NCBI GenBank assembly: GCA_964016885.1
Contig: OZ024743.1
Coordinates: forward strand, 170,996,001-171,060,000
Direction: 5' to 3'
Origin: Eledone cirrhosa
Taxonomy: Eukaryota
DNA length: 64,000 bases
This document shows positions 1 through 14,500 of the stretch, piece after piece. Position numbers and translations under genes: made by a program. Numbering within the stretch: position 1 is the stretch's first letter; each line of letters begins with the position of its first letter. The notes beneath the pieces were generated by a model. That model did not search any database, had not been told where the DNA came from, and saw nothing but the letters and a program-made list of their open reading frames with translations.

Positions 1-80
1 TACTGTAAGACCACTGTATCAACACCACACTCACAACTACTCTAAGACCACTGTATCAACACCACAGTCACAACTACTGT

Positions 81-3000
81 AAGCCCACCGTATCAACACC
101 ATAGTCATAACTACTGTAAGACCAGTGTATCAACACCATAGTCATAACTACCGTAAGACCACTGTATCAACACCATAGTCATAAGACCATTGTATCAACA
201 CCATGGTCACAACTACTGTAAGACCACTGTATCAACACCATAATCACAACTACTATAAGCCCACTGTATCAACACCATAGTCACAACTACTGTAAGACCA
301 CTGTATCAACAACATAGTCACAACGTCTGTAATACGACAGTATCAACACCATAGTCACAAATATTGTAAGACCACTGTATCAACACCACAGTCACAACTA
401 CTGTAAGACCACTGTATCAACACCACAGTCATAACTACTGTAAGACCACTGTATCCACACCATAGTCACAACTACTGTAAGACCACTGTATCAACACCAT
501 AGTCATAACGTCTGTAATACGACAGTATCAACACCATAGTCACAACTATTGTAAGACCACTGTATCAACACCAGAGTCACAACTACTGTAAGACCACTGT
601 ATCAACACCACAGTCATAACTACTGTAAGACCACTGTATACACACCATAGTCATATCTACTGTAAGACCACTGTATCAACACCATAGTCATAACTACCGT
701 AAGACCACTGTATCAACACCGTAGTCATACGACCACTGTATCAAAACCATATTGACAACTACTGTAAGACCATTGTATCAACACCACAGTCACAACTACT
801 GTAAGACCACTGTATCAACACCACACTCACAACTACTGTAAGACCACTGTATCAACACCACAATCACAACTACTGTAAGACCACTGTATCAACACCATAG
901 TCACAACTACTGTAAGACCACTGTATCCACACCATAGTCATAACTACTGTAAACCACTGTATCAACACCATAGTCACAACTACTGTAAGACCACTGTATC
1001 AACACCATAGTCATAAATACCGTAAGACCACTGTATCAACACCACAGTCATAACTACCGTAAGACCACTGTATCAACACCACAGTCACAACTACTGTAAG
1101 ACCACTGTATCAACACCACAGTCACAACTACTGTAAGACCACTGTATCAACACCATAATCACAACTACTGTAAGACAACGGTAGCAACACCGTAGTCAGA
1201 ACTACTGTAAGACCACAGTATCAACACCACAGTCACAACGTCTGTAAGACCACTGAATCAACACCATAGTCACAACTACTGTAAGACCACTGTATCAACA
1301 TCACAGTCACAACTACTCTAAGACCACTGTACCAACACCACAGTCACAACTACTGTAAGACCACTGTATCAACACCACAGTCATAACTACTGTAAGACCA
1401 CTGTATCCACACCATAGTCACAACTACTGTAAGACCACTGTATCAACACCAGATTCACAACTACTGTAAGACCACTGTATCAACACCACAGTCACAACTA
1501 CTGTAAGACCACTGTATCTACACCACACTCACAACTACTGTAAGACCACTGTATCAACACCACAATCACAACTACTCTAAGACCACTGTATCAACACCAT
1601 AGTCACAACTACTGTAAGACCACTGTATCAACAACACAGTCACAACTACTCTAAGACCACTGTATCAACACCACAGTCACAACTACTGTAAGCCCACTGT
1701 ATCAACACCATAGTCATAACTACTGTAAGACCAGTGTATCAACACCATAGTCATAACTACCGTAAGACCACTGTATCAACACCATAGTCATAAGACCACT
1801 GTATCAACACCATGGTCACAACTACTGTAAGACCACTGTATCAACACCACAATCACAACTACTCTAAGACCACTGTATCAACACCATAGTCACAACTACT
1901 GTAAGACCACTGTATCAACAACACAGTCACAACTACTCTAAGACCACTGTATCAACACCACAGTCACAACTACTGTAAGCCCACTGTATCAACATCATAC
2001 TCATAACTACTGTAAGACCACTGTATCAACACCATAGTCATAACTACCGTAAGACCACTGTATCAACACCACAGTCATAAGACCACTGTATCAACACCAT
2101 AGTCACAACTACTGTAAGACAACTGTATCAACACCATACTCATAACTACTGTATGACCACTGTATCAACAGCATAGTCACAACTATTGTAAGACCACTGT
2201 ATCAACACCACAGTCACAACTACAGTAAGACCACTTTATCAATACCATAGTCACAGCTACTGTAAGACCACTGTATCAACACCATAGTCACAAATACTGT
2301 AAGACCACTGTATCAACACCATAGTCACAACTACTGTAAGAACACTGTATCAACACCACAGTCATAACTACTGTAAGACCACTTTATCAACACCACAGTC
2401 ACAACTACTGTAAGACCACTGTATCAACACCACAGCCACAACTACTGTAAGACCACTGTATCAACATCACAGCCACAACAACTATAAGACCACTGTATCA
2501 ACAACACAGCCACAACTACTGTAAGACCACTGTATCAACACCATAATCACAACTACTATAAGCCCACTGTATCAACACCATAGTCACAACTACTCTAAGA
2601 ACACTGTATCAACACCATAGTCACAACGTCTGTAATACGACAGTATCAACACCATAGTCACAACTATTCTAAAACCACTGTATCAACACCACAGTCACAA
2701 CTACTGTAAGACCACTGTATCAACACCACAGTCATAACTACTGTAAGACCACTGTATCCACACCATAGTCACAACTAATGTAAGACCACTGTATCAACAC
2801 CATAGTCACAACTACTGTAAGAGCACTGTATCAACACCACAGTCACAACTACTGTAAGACCACTGTATCAACAACACAGTCACAACTACTCTAAGAACAC
2901 TGTATCAACACTACAGTCACAACTACTGTAAGCCCACTGTATCAACACCATAGTCATAACTACTGTAAGACCACTGTATCAACACCATAGTCATAACTAC

Positions 3001-6000
3001 CGTAAGACCACTGTATCAACACCGTAGTCATAAGACCACTGTATCAAAACCATAGTCACAACTACTGTAAGACCATTGTATCAACACCACAGTCACAACT
3101 ACTGTAAGACCACTGTATCAACACCACACTCACAACTACTGTAAGACCACTGTATCAACACCACAATCACAACTACTGTAAGACCACTGTATCAACACCA
3201 CAGCCAGAACTACTGTAAGACCACTGTATCAACACCATAATCACAACTAATGTAAGACCACTGTATCAACACCGTAGTCACAAGTACTGTAAGACCACTG
3301 TATCAACACCACAGTCATAAGACCACTGTATCAACACCATAGTCACAACTACTGTAAGACCACTGTATCAACACCATAGACACAACGTCTGTAAGACCAC
3401 TCTATCAACACAATAGTCACAACTACTGTAAGCCCACTGTATCAACACCATTGTCATAACTGCTGTAAGACCACTGTATCAACACCATAGTCACAACTAC
3501 GGTAAGACCACTGTATCAACACCATATTCATAACTACCGTAAGACCACTGTATCAACGCCATAGTTATAAGACCACTGTATCAACACCACAGCCACAACT
3601 ACTGTAAGACCACTGTATCAACACCATAATCGCAACTACTGTAAGACCACGGTATCAACACCGTAGTCAGAACTACTGTAAGACCACTGTATCAACACCA
3701 CAGTCACAACGTCTGTAAGACCACTGAATAAACACCATAGTCACAACTACTGTAAGACAACGGTATCAACAAAACAGTCACAACTACTCTAAGACCATTG
3801 TATCAACACCACAGTCACAACTACTGTAAGTCCACTATATCAACACCATAGTCACAACTACTGTAAGACATCTGTATCAACACCACAGTCACAACTACTG
3901 TAAGACCACTGTATTAACACCACACTCACAACTACTGTAAGACCACTGTATCAACACCACAATCACAACTACTGTAAGACCACTGTATCAACACCATAGT
4001 CACAAATACTGTAAGACAACTGTATCAACAACACAGTCACAACTACTCTAAGACCACTGTATCAACACCACAATCACAACTACTGTAAGCCCACTGTATC
4101 AACAGCATAGTCATAACTGCTGTAAGACCAGTGTATCAACACCATAGTCATAACTACCGTAAGACCACTGTATCAACACCATAGTCATAAGACCACTGTA
4201 TCAACACAATGGTCACAACTACTGTAAGACCACTGTATCAACACCACAGTCACAACTACTGTAAGACCACTGTATCAACACCACAACCACAACTACTGTA
4301 AGACCACTGTATCAACACCATAGTCACAACTACTGTAAGACAACTGTATCAACACCATAGTCATAACTACCGTAAGACCACTGTATCAACTCCATAGTCA
4401 TCAGACCACTGTATCAACACCATAGTCACACCTACTGTAAGACCACTGTATCAATACCATAGTCATAACTACTGTAAGACCACTGTATCAATACCACCAT
4501 CACAACTACAGTAAGACCACTGTATCAACAGCACAGCAACAACTACTGTAAGACCACTGTATCAACACCATAATTACAACTACTGTAAGACCACGGTATC
4601 AACACCGTAGTCAGAACTACTGTAAGACCACTGTATCAACACCACAGTCACAACGTCTGTAAGACCACTGAATCAACACCATAGTCACAACTACTGTAAG
4701 ACCACTGTAACAACAACACAGTCACAACTACTCTAAGACCAGTGTATCAACACCACAATCATAAGACGACTGTATCAACACCATAGTCACAATTACTGTC
4801 AGACCACTGTTTCAACAACATAGTCATAACTACTGTATGACCACTGTATCAACAGCATAGTCACAAGTATTGTAAGACCACTGTATCAACACCATAGTCA
4901 CAACTACAGTAAAACCACTTTATCAACACCATAGTCACAACTACTGTAAGACCACTGTATCAACTCCATAGTCACAACTACTGTAAGACCATGTATCAAC
5001 ACCATAGTCACAACTACTGTAAGAACACTGTATCAACACCACAGTCATAACTACTGTAAGACCACTGTATCAACACCACAGTCACAACTACTGTAAAACC
5101 ACTGTATGAACACCATAGTCACAACTACTGTAAGACCACTGTATCTACACCATAGTCACAACTACTGTAAGACTACTGTATCAACACCACAGCCACAACT
5201 ACTGTAAGACCACTGTATCAACATCACAGCCACAAGAACTATAAGACCACTGTATCAACACCACAGCCACAACTACTGTAAGACCACTGTATCAACACTA
5301 CAATCACAACTAATGTAAGACCACTGTATCAACACCGTAGTCACAACTACTGTAAGACCACTGTATCAACACCACAGTCACAACGTCTGTTAGAGCACTG
5401 TATCAACACCACGGTCACAACTACTATAAGCCCACTGTATCAACACCATAGTCACAACTACTGTAAGACCACTGTATCAACACCATAGTCACCATGTCTG
5501 TAAGACGACAGTATCAACACCATAGTCACAACTATTGTAAGACCACTGTATCAACACCACAGTCACAAATACTGTAAGACCACTGTATCAACACCATAGT
5601 CACAACTACTGTAAGACCACTGTATCAACACCACAGTCACAACTACTGTAAGCCCACTGTATCAACACCATAGTCATAACTAGTGTAAGACAACTGTATC
5701 AACACCATAGTCACAACTACTTTAAGACCACTGTATCAACACCATAGTCATAACTACCGTAAGACCACTGTATCAACACCACAGTAATAAGACCACTGTA
5801 TCAACACCATAGTCACAACTACTGTAAGACCACTGTATCAACACCATAGTCACAACTACTGTAAGACCACTGTATCAACACCATATTCATATCTACACTA
5901 AGACCACTGTATCAAGGCCATAGTTATAAGACCACTGTATCAACATCACAGCCACAACAACTATAAGGTCACTGTATCAACACCACAGCCACAACTACTG

Positions 6001-6420
6001 TAAGACCACTGTATCAACACCATAATCACAACTAATGTAAGACCACTGTATCAACACCGTAGTCATAACTACTGTAAGACCACTGTATCAACACCACAGT
6101 CACAACGTCTGTTAGAGCACTGTATCAACACCACAGTCATAACTACTGTAAGACCACTTTATCCACACCATAGACACAACTACTGTAAGACCACTGTATC
6201 AACACCATAGTCACAACGTCTGTAATACGACAGTATCAACACCATAGTCAGAACTATTGTAAGACCACTGTATCAACACCACAGTCACAACTACTGTAAG
6301 ACCTCTGTATCAACACCACAGTCATAACTACTGTAAGACCACTGTATCCAGGCCATAGTCACAACAACTGTAAGACCACTCTATCAACACCATAGTCACA
6401 ACTACTGTAATAGCACTGTA
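81..6420. repeat. Older higher-order block, paralogous to about 46777-53790
   Basis: Rare variants occur in the same order in both regions: gtagtcatacgacc 721/47417; gtagcaacac 1181/47878; aacatcatactc 1991/49086; the 1-bp deletion gaccatgtatc ~4987/~52378; atctacacta ~5891/~53245; tatccaggcc ~6345/~53699. The offset drifts from 46,696 to about 47,400 through block indels, and several SNPs separate the copies. Confidence 0.85.
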
Positions 6421-8572
6421 TCAACACCACAACCACAACTACTGTAAGACCACTGTATCAACACCATAGTCACAACTACTGTAAGACAACTGTATCAACA
6501 CCATAGTCATAACTACCGTAAGACCACTGTATCAACTCCATAGTCATCAGACCACTGTATCAACACCATAGTCACAACTACTGTAAGACCACTGTATCAA
6601 TACCATAGTCATAACTACTGTAAGACCACTGTATCAATACCACCATCACAACTACAGTAAGACCACTGTATCAACAGCACAGCAACAACTACTGTAAGAC
6701 CACTGTATCAACACCATAATTACAACTACTGTAAGACCACGGTATCAACACCGTAGTCAGAACTACTGTAAGACCACTGTATCAACACCACAGTCACAAC
6801 GTCTGTAAGACCACTGAATCAACACCATAGTCACAACTACTGTAAGACCACTGTAACAACAACACAGTCACAACTACTCTAAGACCACTGTATCAACACC
6901 ACAATCATAAGACGACTGTATCAACACCATAGTCACAATTACTGTCAGACCACTGTTTCAACAACATAGTCATAACTACTGTATGACCACTGTATCAACA
7001 GCATAGTCACAAGTATTGTAAGACCACTGTATCAACACCATAGTCACAACTACAGTAAAACCACTTTATCAACACCATAGTCACAACTACTGTAAGACCA
7101 CTGTATCAACTCCATAGTCACAACTACTGTAAGACCATGTATCAACACCATAGTCACAACTACTGTAAGAACACTGTATCAACACCACAGTCATAACTAC
7201 TGTAAGACCACTGTATCAACACCACAGTCACAACTACTGTAAAACCACTGTATGAACACCATAGTCACAACTACTGTAAGACCACTGTATCTACACCATA
7301 GTCACAACTACTGTAAGACTACTGTATCAACACCACAGCCACAACTACTGTAAGACCACTGTATCAACATCACAGCCACAAGAACTATAAGACCACTGTA
7401 TCAACACCACAGCCACAACTACTGTAAGACCACTGTATCAACACTACAATCACAACTAATGTAAGACCACTGTATCAACACCGTAGTCACAACTACTGTA
7501 AGACCACTGTATCAACACCACAGTCACAACGTCTGTTAGAGCACTGTATCAACACCACGGTCACAACTACTATAAGCCCACTGTATCAACACCATAGTCA
7601 CAACTACTGTAAGACCACTGTATCAACACCATAGTCACCATGTCTGTAAGACGACAGTATCAACACCATAGTCACAACTATTGTAAGACCACTGTATCAA
7701 CACCACAGTCACAAATACTGTAAGACCACTGTATCAACACCATAGTCACAACTACTGTAAGACCACTGTATCAACACCACAGTCACAACTACTGTAAGCC
7801 CACTGTATCAACACCATAGTCATAACTAGTGTAAGACAACTGTATCAACACCATAGTCACAACTACTTTAAGACCACTGTATCAACACCATAGTCATAAC
7901 TACCGTAAGACCACTGTATCAACACCACAGTAATAAGACCACTGTATCAACACCATAGTCACAACTACTGTAAGACCACTGTATCAACACCATAGTCACA
8001 ACTACTGTAAGACCACTGTATCAACACCATATTCATATCTACACTAAGACCACTGTATCAAGGCCATAGTTATAAGACCACTGTATCAACATCACAGCCA
8101 CAACAACTATAAGGTCACTGTATCAACACCACAGCCACAACTACTGTAAGACCACTGTATCAACACCATAATCACAACTAATGTAAGACCACTGTATCAA
8201 CACCGTAGTCATAACTACTGTAAGACCACTGTATCAACACCACAGTCACAACGTCTGTTAGAGCACTGTATCAACACCACAGTCATAACTACTTTAAGAC
8301 CACTTTATCCACACCATAGACACAACTACTGTAAGACCACTGTATCAACACCATAGTCACAACGTCTGTAATACGACAGTATCAACACCATAGTCAGAAC
8401 TATTGTAAGACCACTGTATCAACACCACAGTCACAACTACTGTAAGACCTCTGTATCAACACCACAGTCATAACTACTGTAAGACCACTGTATCCAGGCC
8501 ATAGTCACAACAACTGTAAGACCACTCTATCAACACCATAGTCACAACTACTGTAATAGCACTGTATCAACA
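4281..8572. repeat. Recent 2146-bp tandem duplication within the satellite (about 4281-6426 and 6427-8572)
   Basis: ccacaaccac at 4281 and 6427; atgtatc (1-bp deletion monomer) at 4991 and 7137; both offsets are 2146. About three differences noticed (near 4431, 4742, 8294). Partial further copies at about 9073-9715 and 10500-11400. Confidence 0.9.
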
Positions 8573-11500
8573 CCACAGTCACAACTACTGTAAGACCACT
8601 GTATCAACACCACCGTCACAACTACTGTAAGCCCACTGTATCAACACCATAGTCATAACTACTGTAAGACCACTGTATCAACACCATAGTCATAACTACC
8701 GTAAGACCACTGTATCAACACCGTAGTCATAAGACCACTGTATCAACACCATAGTCACAACTACTGTAAGACCATTGTATCAAAACCACAGTCACAACTA
8801 CCGTAAGACCACTGTATCAACACCACACTCACAACTACTGTACGACCACTGTATCAACACCACAATCACAACTACTGTAAGACCACTGTATCAACACCAT
8901 AGTCATAACTGCTGTAAGACCAGTGTATCAACACCATAGTCATAACTACCGTAAGACCACTGTATCAACACCATAGTCATAAGACCACTGTATCAACACA
9001 ATGGTCACAACTACTGTAAGACCACTGTATCAACACCACAGTCACAACTACTGTAAGACCACTGTATCAACACCACAACCACAACTACTGTAAGACCACT
9101 GTATCAACACCATAGTCACAACTACTGTAAGACAACTGTATCAACACCATAGTCATAACTACCGTAAGACCACTGTATCAACTCCATAGTCATCAGACCA
9201 CTGTATCAACACCATAGTCACAACTACTGTAAGACCACTGTATCAATACCATAGTCATAACTACTGTAAGACCACTGTATCAATACCACCATCACAACTA
9301 CAGTAAGACCACTGTATCAACAGCACAGCAACAACTACTGTAAGACCACTGTATCAACACCATAATTACAACTACTGTAAGACCACGGTATCAACACCGT
9401 AGTCAGAACTACTGTAAGACCACTGTATCAACACCACAGTCACAACGTCTGTAAGACCACTGAATCAACACCATAGTCACAACTACTGTAAGACCACTGT
9501 AACAACAACACAGTCACAACTAATCTAAGACCACTGTATCAACACCACAATCATAAGACGACTGTATCAACACCATAGTCACAATTACTGTCAGACCACT
9601 GTTTCAACAACATAGTCATAACTACTGTATGACCACTGTATCAACAGCATAGTCACAAGTATTGTAAGACCACTGTATCAACACCATAGTCACAACTACA
9701 GTAAAACCACTTTATCAAAACCACAGTCACAACTACCGTAAGACCACTGTATCAACACCACACTCACAACTACTGTACGACCACTGTATCAACACCACAA
9801 TCACAACTACTGTAAGACCACTGTATCAACACCATAGTCACAACTACTGTAAGACCACTGTATCAACACCACAGTCACAACTACTGTAAGCCCACTGTAT
9901 CAACACCCTAGTCATAACTAGTGTAAGACCACTGTATCAACACCATAGTCACAACTACTGTAAGACCACTGTATCAACACCATAGTCATAACTACCGTAA
10001 GACCACTGTATCAACACCACAGTCATAAGACCACTGTATCAACACCATATTCACAACTACTGTAAGACCACTGTATCAACACCATAGTCACAACTACTGT
10101 AAGACCACTGTATCAACACCATATTCATAACTACCGTAAGACCACTGTATCAAGGCCATAGTTATAAGACTACTGTATCAACACAACAGCCACAACTACT
10201 GTAAGACCACTGTATCAACACCACAGTCACAACTACTGTAAGACAACTGTATCAACACCACAGTCACAACTACTGTAAGACCACTGTATCAACACCACAG
10301 CCACAACTACTGTAAGACCCCTGTATCAACACCATAATCACAACTACTGTAAGACCATGGTATCAACACCGTAGTCAGAACTACTGTAAGACCACTGTAT
10401 TAACACCACAGTCACAACGTCTGTAAGACCACTGAATCAACACCATAGTCACAACTACTGTAAGACCACTGTATCAACACCATAGTCATAACTACCGTAA
10501 GACCACTGTAGCAACACCACAGTAATAAGACCACTGTATCAACACCATAGTCACAACTACTGTAAGACCACTGTATCAACACCATAGTCACAACTACTGT
10601 AAGACCACTGTATCAACACCATATTCATATCTACACTAAGACCACTGTATCAAGGCCATAGTTATAAGACCACTGTATCAACATCACAGCCACAACAACT
10701 ATAAGGTCACTGTATCAACACCACAGCCACAACTACTGTAAGACCACTGTATCAACACCATAATCACAACTAATGTAAGACCACTGTATCAACACCGTAG
10801 TCATAACTACTGTAAGACCACTGTATCAACACCACAGTCACAACGTCCGTTAGAGCACTGTATCAACACCACAGTCATAACTACTGTAAGACCACTTTAT
10901 CCACACCATAGACACAACTACTGTAAGACCACTGTATCAAAACCATAGTCACAACGTCTGTAATCCGACAGTATCAACACCATAGTCAGAACTATTGTAA
11001 GACCACTGTATCAACACCACAGTCACAACTACTGTAAGACCTCTGTATCAACACCACAGTCATAACTACTGTAAGACCACTGTATCCAGGCCATAGTCAC
11101 AACTACTGTAAGACCACTCTATCAACACCATAGTCACAACTACTGTAATAGCACTGTATCAACACCACAGTCACAACTACTGTAAGACCACTGTATCAAC
11201 ACCACCGTCACAACTACTGTAAGCCCACTGTATCAACACCATAGTCATAACTACTGTAAGACCACTGTATCAACACCATAGTCATAACTACCGTAAGACC
11301 ACTGTATCAACCCCGTAGTCATAAGACCACTGTATCAACACCATAGTCACAACTACTGTAAGACCATTGTATCAAAACCACAGTCACAACTACCGTAAGA
11401 CCACTGTATCAACACCACACTCACAACTACTGTAAGACCACTGTATCAACACCACAATCACAACTACTGTAAGACCACTGTATCAACACCATAGTCACAA

Positions 11501-14500
11501 CTACTGTAAGACCACTGTATCAACACCACAGTCACAACTACTGTAAGCCCACTGTATCAACACCCAAGTCATAACTAGTGTAAGACCACTGTATCAACAC
11601 CATAGTCACAACTACTGTAAGACCACTGTATCAACACCATAGTCATAACTACCGTAAGACCACTGTATCAACACCACAGTCATAAGACCACTGTATCAAC
11701 ACCATATTCACAACTACTGTAAGACCACTGTATCAACACCATAGTCACAACTACTGTAAGACCACTGTATCAACACCATATTCATAACTACCGTAAGACC
11801 ACTGTATCAAGGCCATAGTTATAAGACTACTGTATCAACACAACAGTCACAACTACTGTAAGACCACTGTATCAACACCACAGTCACAACTACTGTAAGA
11901 CAACTGTATCAACACCACAGTCACAACTACTGTAAGACCACTGTATCAACACCACAGCCACAACTACTGTAAGACCACTGTATCAACACCATAATCACAA
12001 CTACTGTAAGACCATGGTATCAACACCGTAGTCAGAACTACTGTAAGACCACTGTATTAACACCACAGTCACAACGTCTGTAAGACCACTGAATCAACAC
12101 CATAGTCACAACTACTGTAAGACCACCGTATCAACAACACTGTCACAACTACTCTAAGACCACTGTATCAACACCACAGTCACAACTACTGTAAGACCAC
12201 TGTATCAACACCACAGTCACAACTACTGTAAGACCACTGTATCAACACCACACTCACAACTACTGTAAGACCACTGTATCTACACCACAATCACAACTAC
12301 TGTAAGAACACTGTATCAACACCATAGTCACACCTACTGTAGGACCACTGTATCAACACCACAGACACAACGTCTGTAAGACCACTGAATCAACACCATA
12401 GTCACAACTACTGTCAGACAACTGTATCAACAACACAGTCACAACTACTCTAAGACCACTGTATCAACACCACAGTCACAACTACTGTAAGACCACTGTA
12501 TCAACACCACAGTCATAAACTACTGTAAGACCACTGTATCCACACCATAGTTACAACTACTGTAAGACCACTATATCAACACCAGTATCACAACTACTGT
12601 AAGACAACTGTATCAACACCACAGTCACAACTACTGTAAGACCACTGTATCAACACCACACTCACAACTACTGTAAGACGACTGTATCAACAACACAGTC
12701 ACAACTACTCTAAGACCACTGTATCAACACCACCGTCACAACTACTGTAAGCCCAGTGTATCAACACCATAGTCATAACTAGTGTAAGACCACTCTATCA
12801 ACACCATAGTCACAACTACTGTAAGACCAGTGTATCAACACCATAGTCATAACTACCGTAAGACCACTGTATCAACATCACAGTCATAAGACCACTGTAT
12901 CAACACCATAGTCACAACTACTGTAAGACCATTGTATCAACACCACAGTCACAACTACTGTAAGACAACTGTATCAACACCACAGTCACAACTACTGTAA
13001 TACCACTGTATCAACACCACAGCCACAACTACTGTAAGACCACTGTATCAACACCATAATCACAACTACTGTAAGACCACGGTATCAACACCGTAGTCAG
13101 AACTACTGTAAGACCACTGTATCAACACCACAGTCACAACGTCTGTAAGACCACTGAATCAACACCATAGTCACAACCACTGTAAGACCACTGTATCAAC
13201 AACACAGTCACAACTATTCTAAGACCACTGTATCAACACCACAGTCACAACTACTGTAAGACCACTGTATCAACACCACAGTCATAACTACTGTAAGACC
13301 ACTATATCCACACCATAGTCACAACTACTGTAAGACCACTATATCAACACCAGAGTCACAACTACTGTAAGACAACTGTATCAAAACCACAGTCACAACT
13401 ACTGTAAGACCACTGTATCAACACCACACTCACAACTACTGTAAGACCACTGTATCAACACCACAATCATACCTACTGTAAGACCACTGTCTCAACACCA
13501 TAGTCACAACTACTGTAAGACAACTGTATCAACAACACAGTCACAACTACTCTAAGACCACTGTATCAACACCACAGTCACAACTACTGTAAGCCCACAG
13601 TATCAACAGCATAGTCATAACTACTGTAAGACCAGTCTATCAACGCCATAGTCATAACTACCGTAAGACCACTGTATCAACACCATAGTCATAAGACCAC
13701 TGTATCAACACCATGGTCACAACTACTGTAAGACCACTGTATCAACACCATAGTCACAACTACTGTAAGACCACTGTATCAACACCACAATCACAACTAC
13801 TGTAAGACCACTGTATCAACACCATAGTTACAACTACTGTAAGACAACTGTATCAACAACACAGTCACAACTACTCTAAGACCACTGTGTCAACACCACA
13901 GTCACAACTACTGTTAGCCCACTGTATCAACACCATAGTCATAACTACTGTAAAACCACTGTATCAACACCATAGTCACAACTACTGTAAGACCCCTGTA
14001 TCAACACCATAGTCATAACTACCGTAAGACCACTGTATCAACTCCATAGTCATAAGACCACTGTATCAACACCATAGTCACAACTACTGTAAGACCACTG
14101 TATCAATACCATAGTCATAACTACTGTAAGACCTCTGTATCAACACCACCATCACAACTTCAGTAAGACCACTGTATCAACAACACAGCCACAACTACTG
14201 TAAGACCACTGTATCAACACCATAATCACAACTACTGTAAGACCACGGTATCAACTCCTTAGTCAGAACTACTGTAAGACCACTGTATCAACACCACAGT
14301 CACAACGTCTGTAAGACCACTGAATCAACACCATAGTCACAACTACTGTAAGACCACTGTATCAACAACACAGTCACAACTACTCGAAGACCACTGTATC
14401 AACACCACAGTCACAACTACTCTAAGCCCACTGTATCAACACCATAGTCATAACTACTGTAAGACCACTGTATCAACACCATAGTCATAACTACCGTAAG

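Noticed and set aside
414-428. 15-nt Stentor-type intron GTATCAACACCAYAG
   Set aside because: It lacks the A six bases from the 3' end that I recall for such introns, and the joined 22-nt remainders still contain TAA stops.
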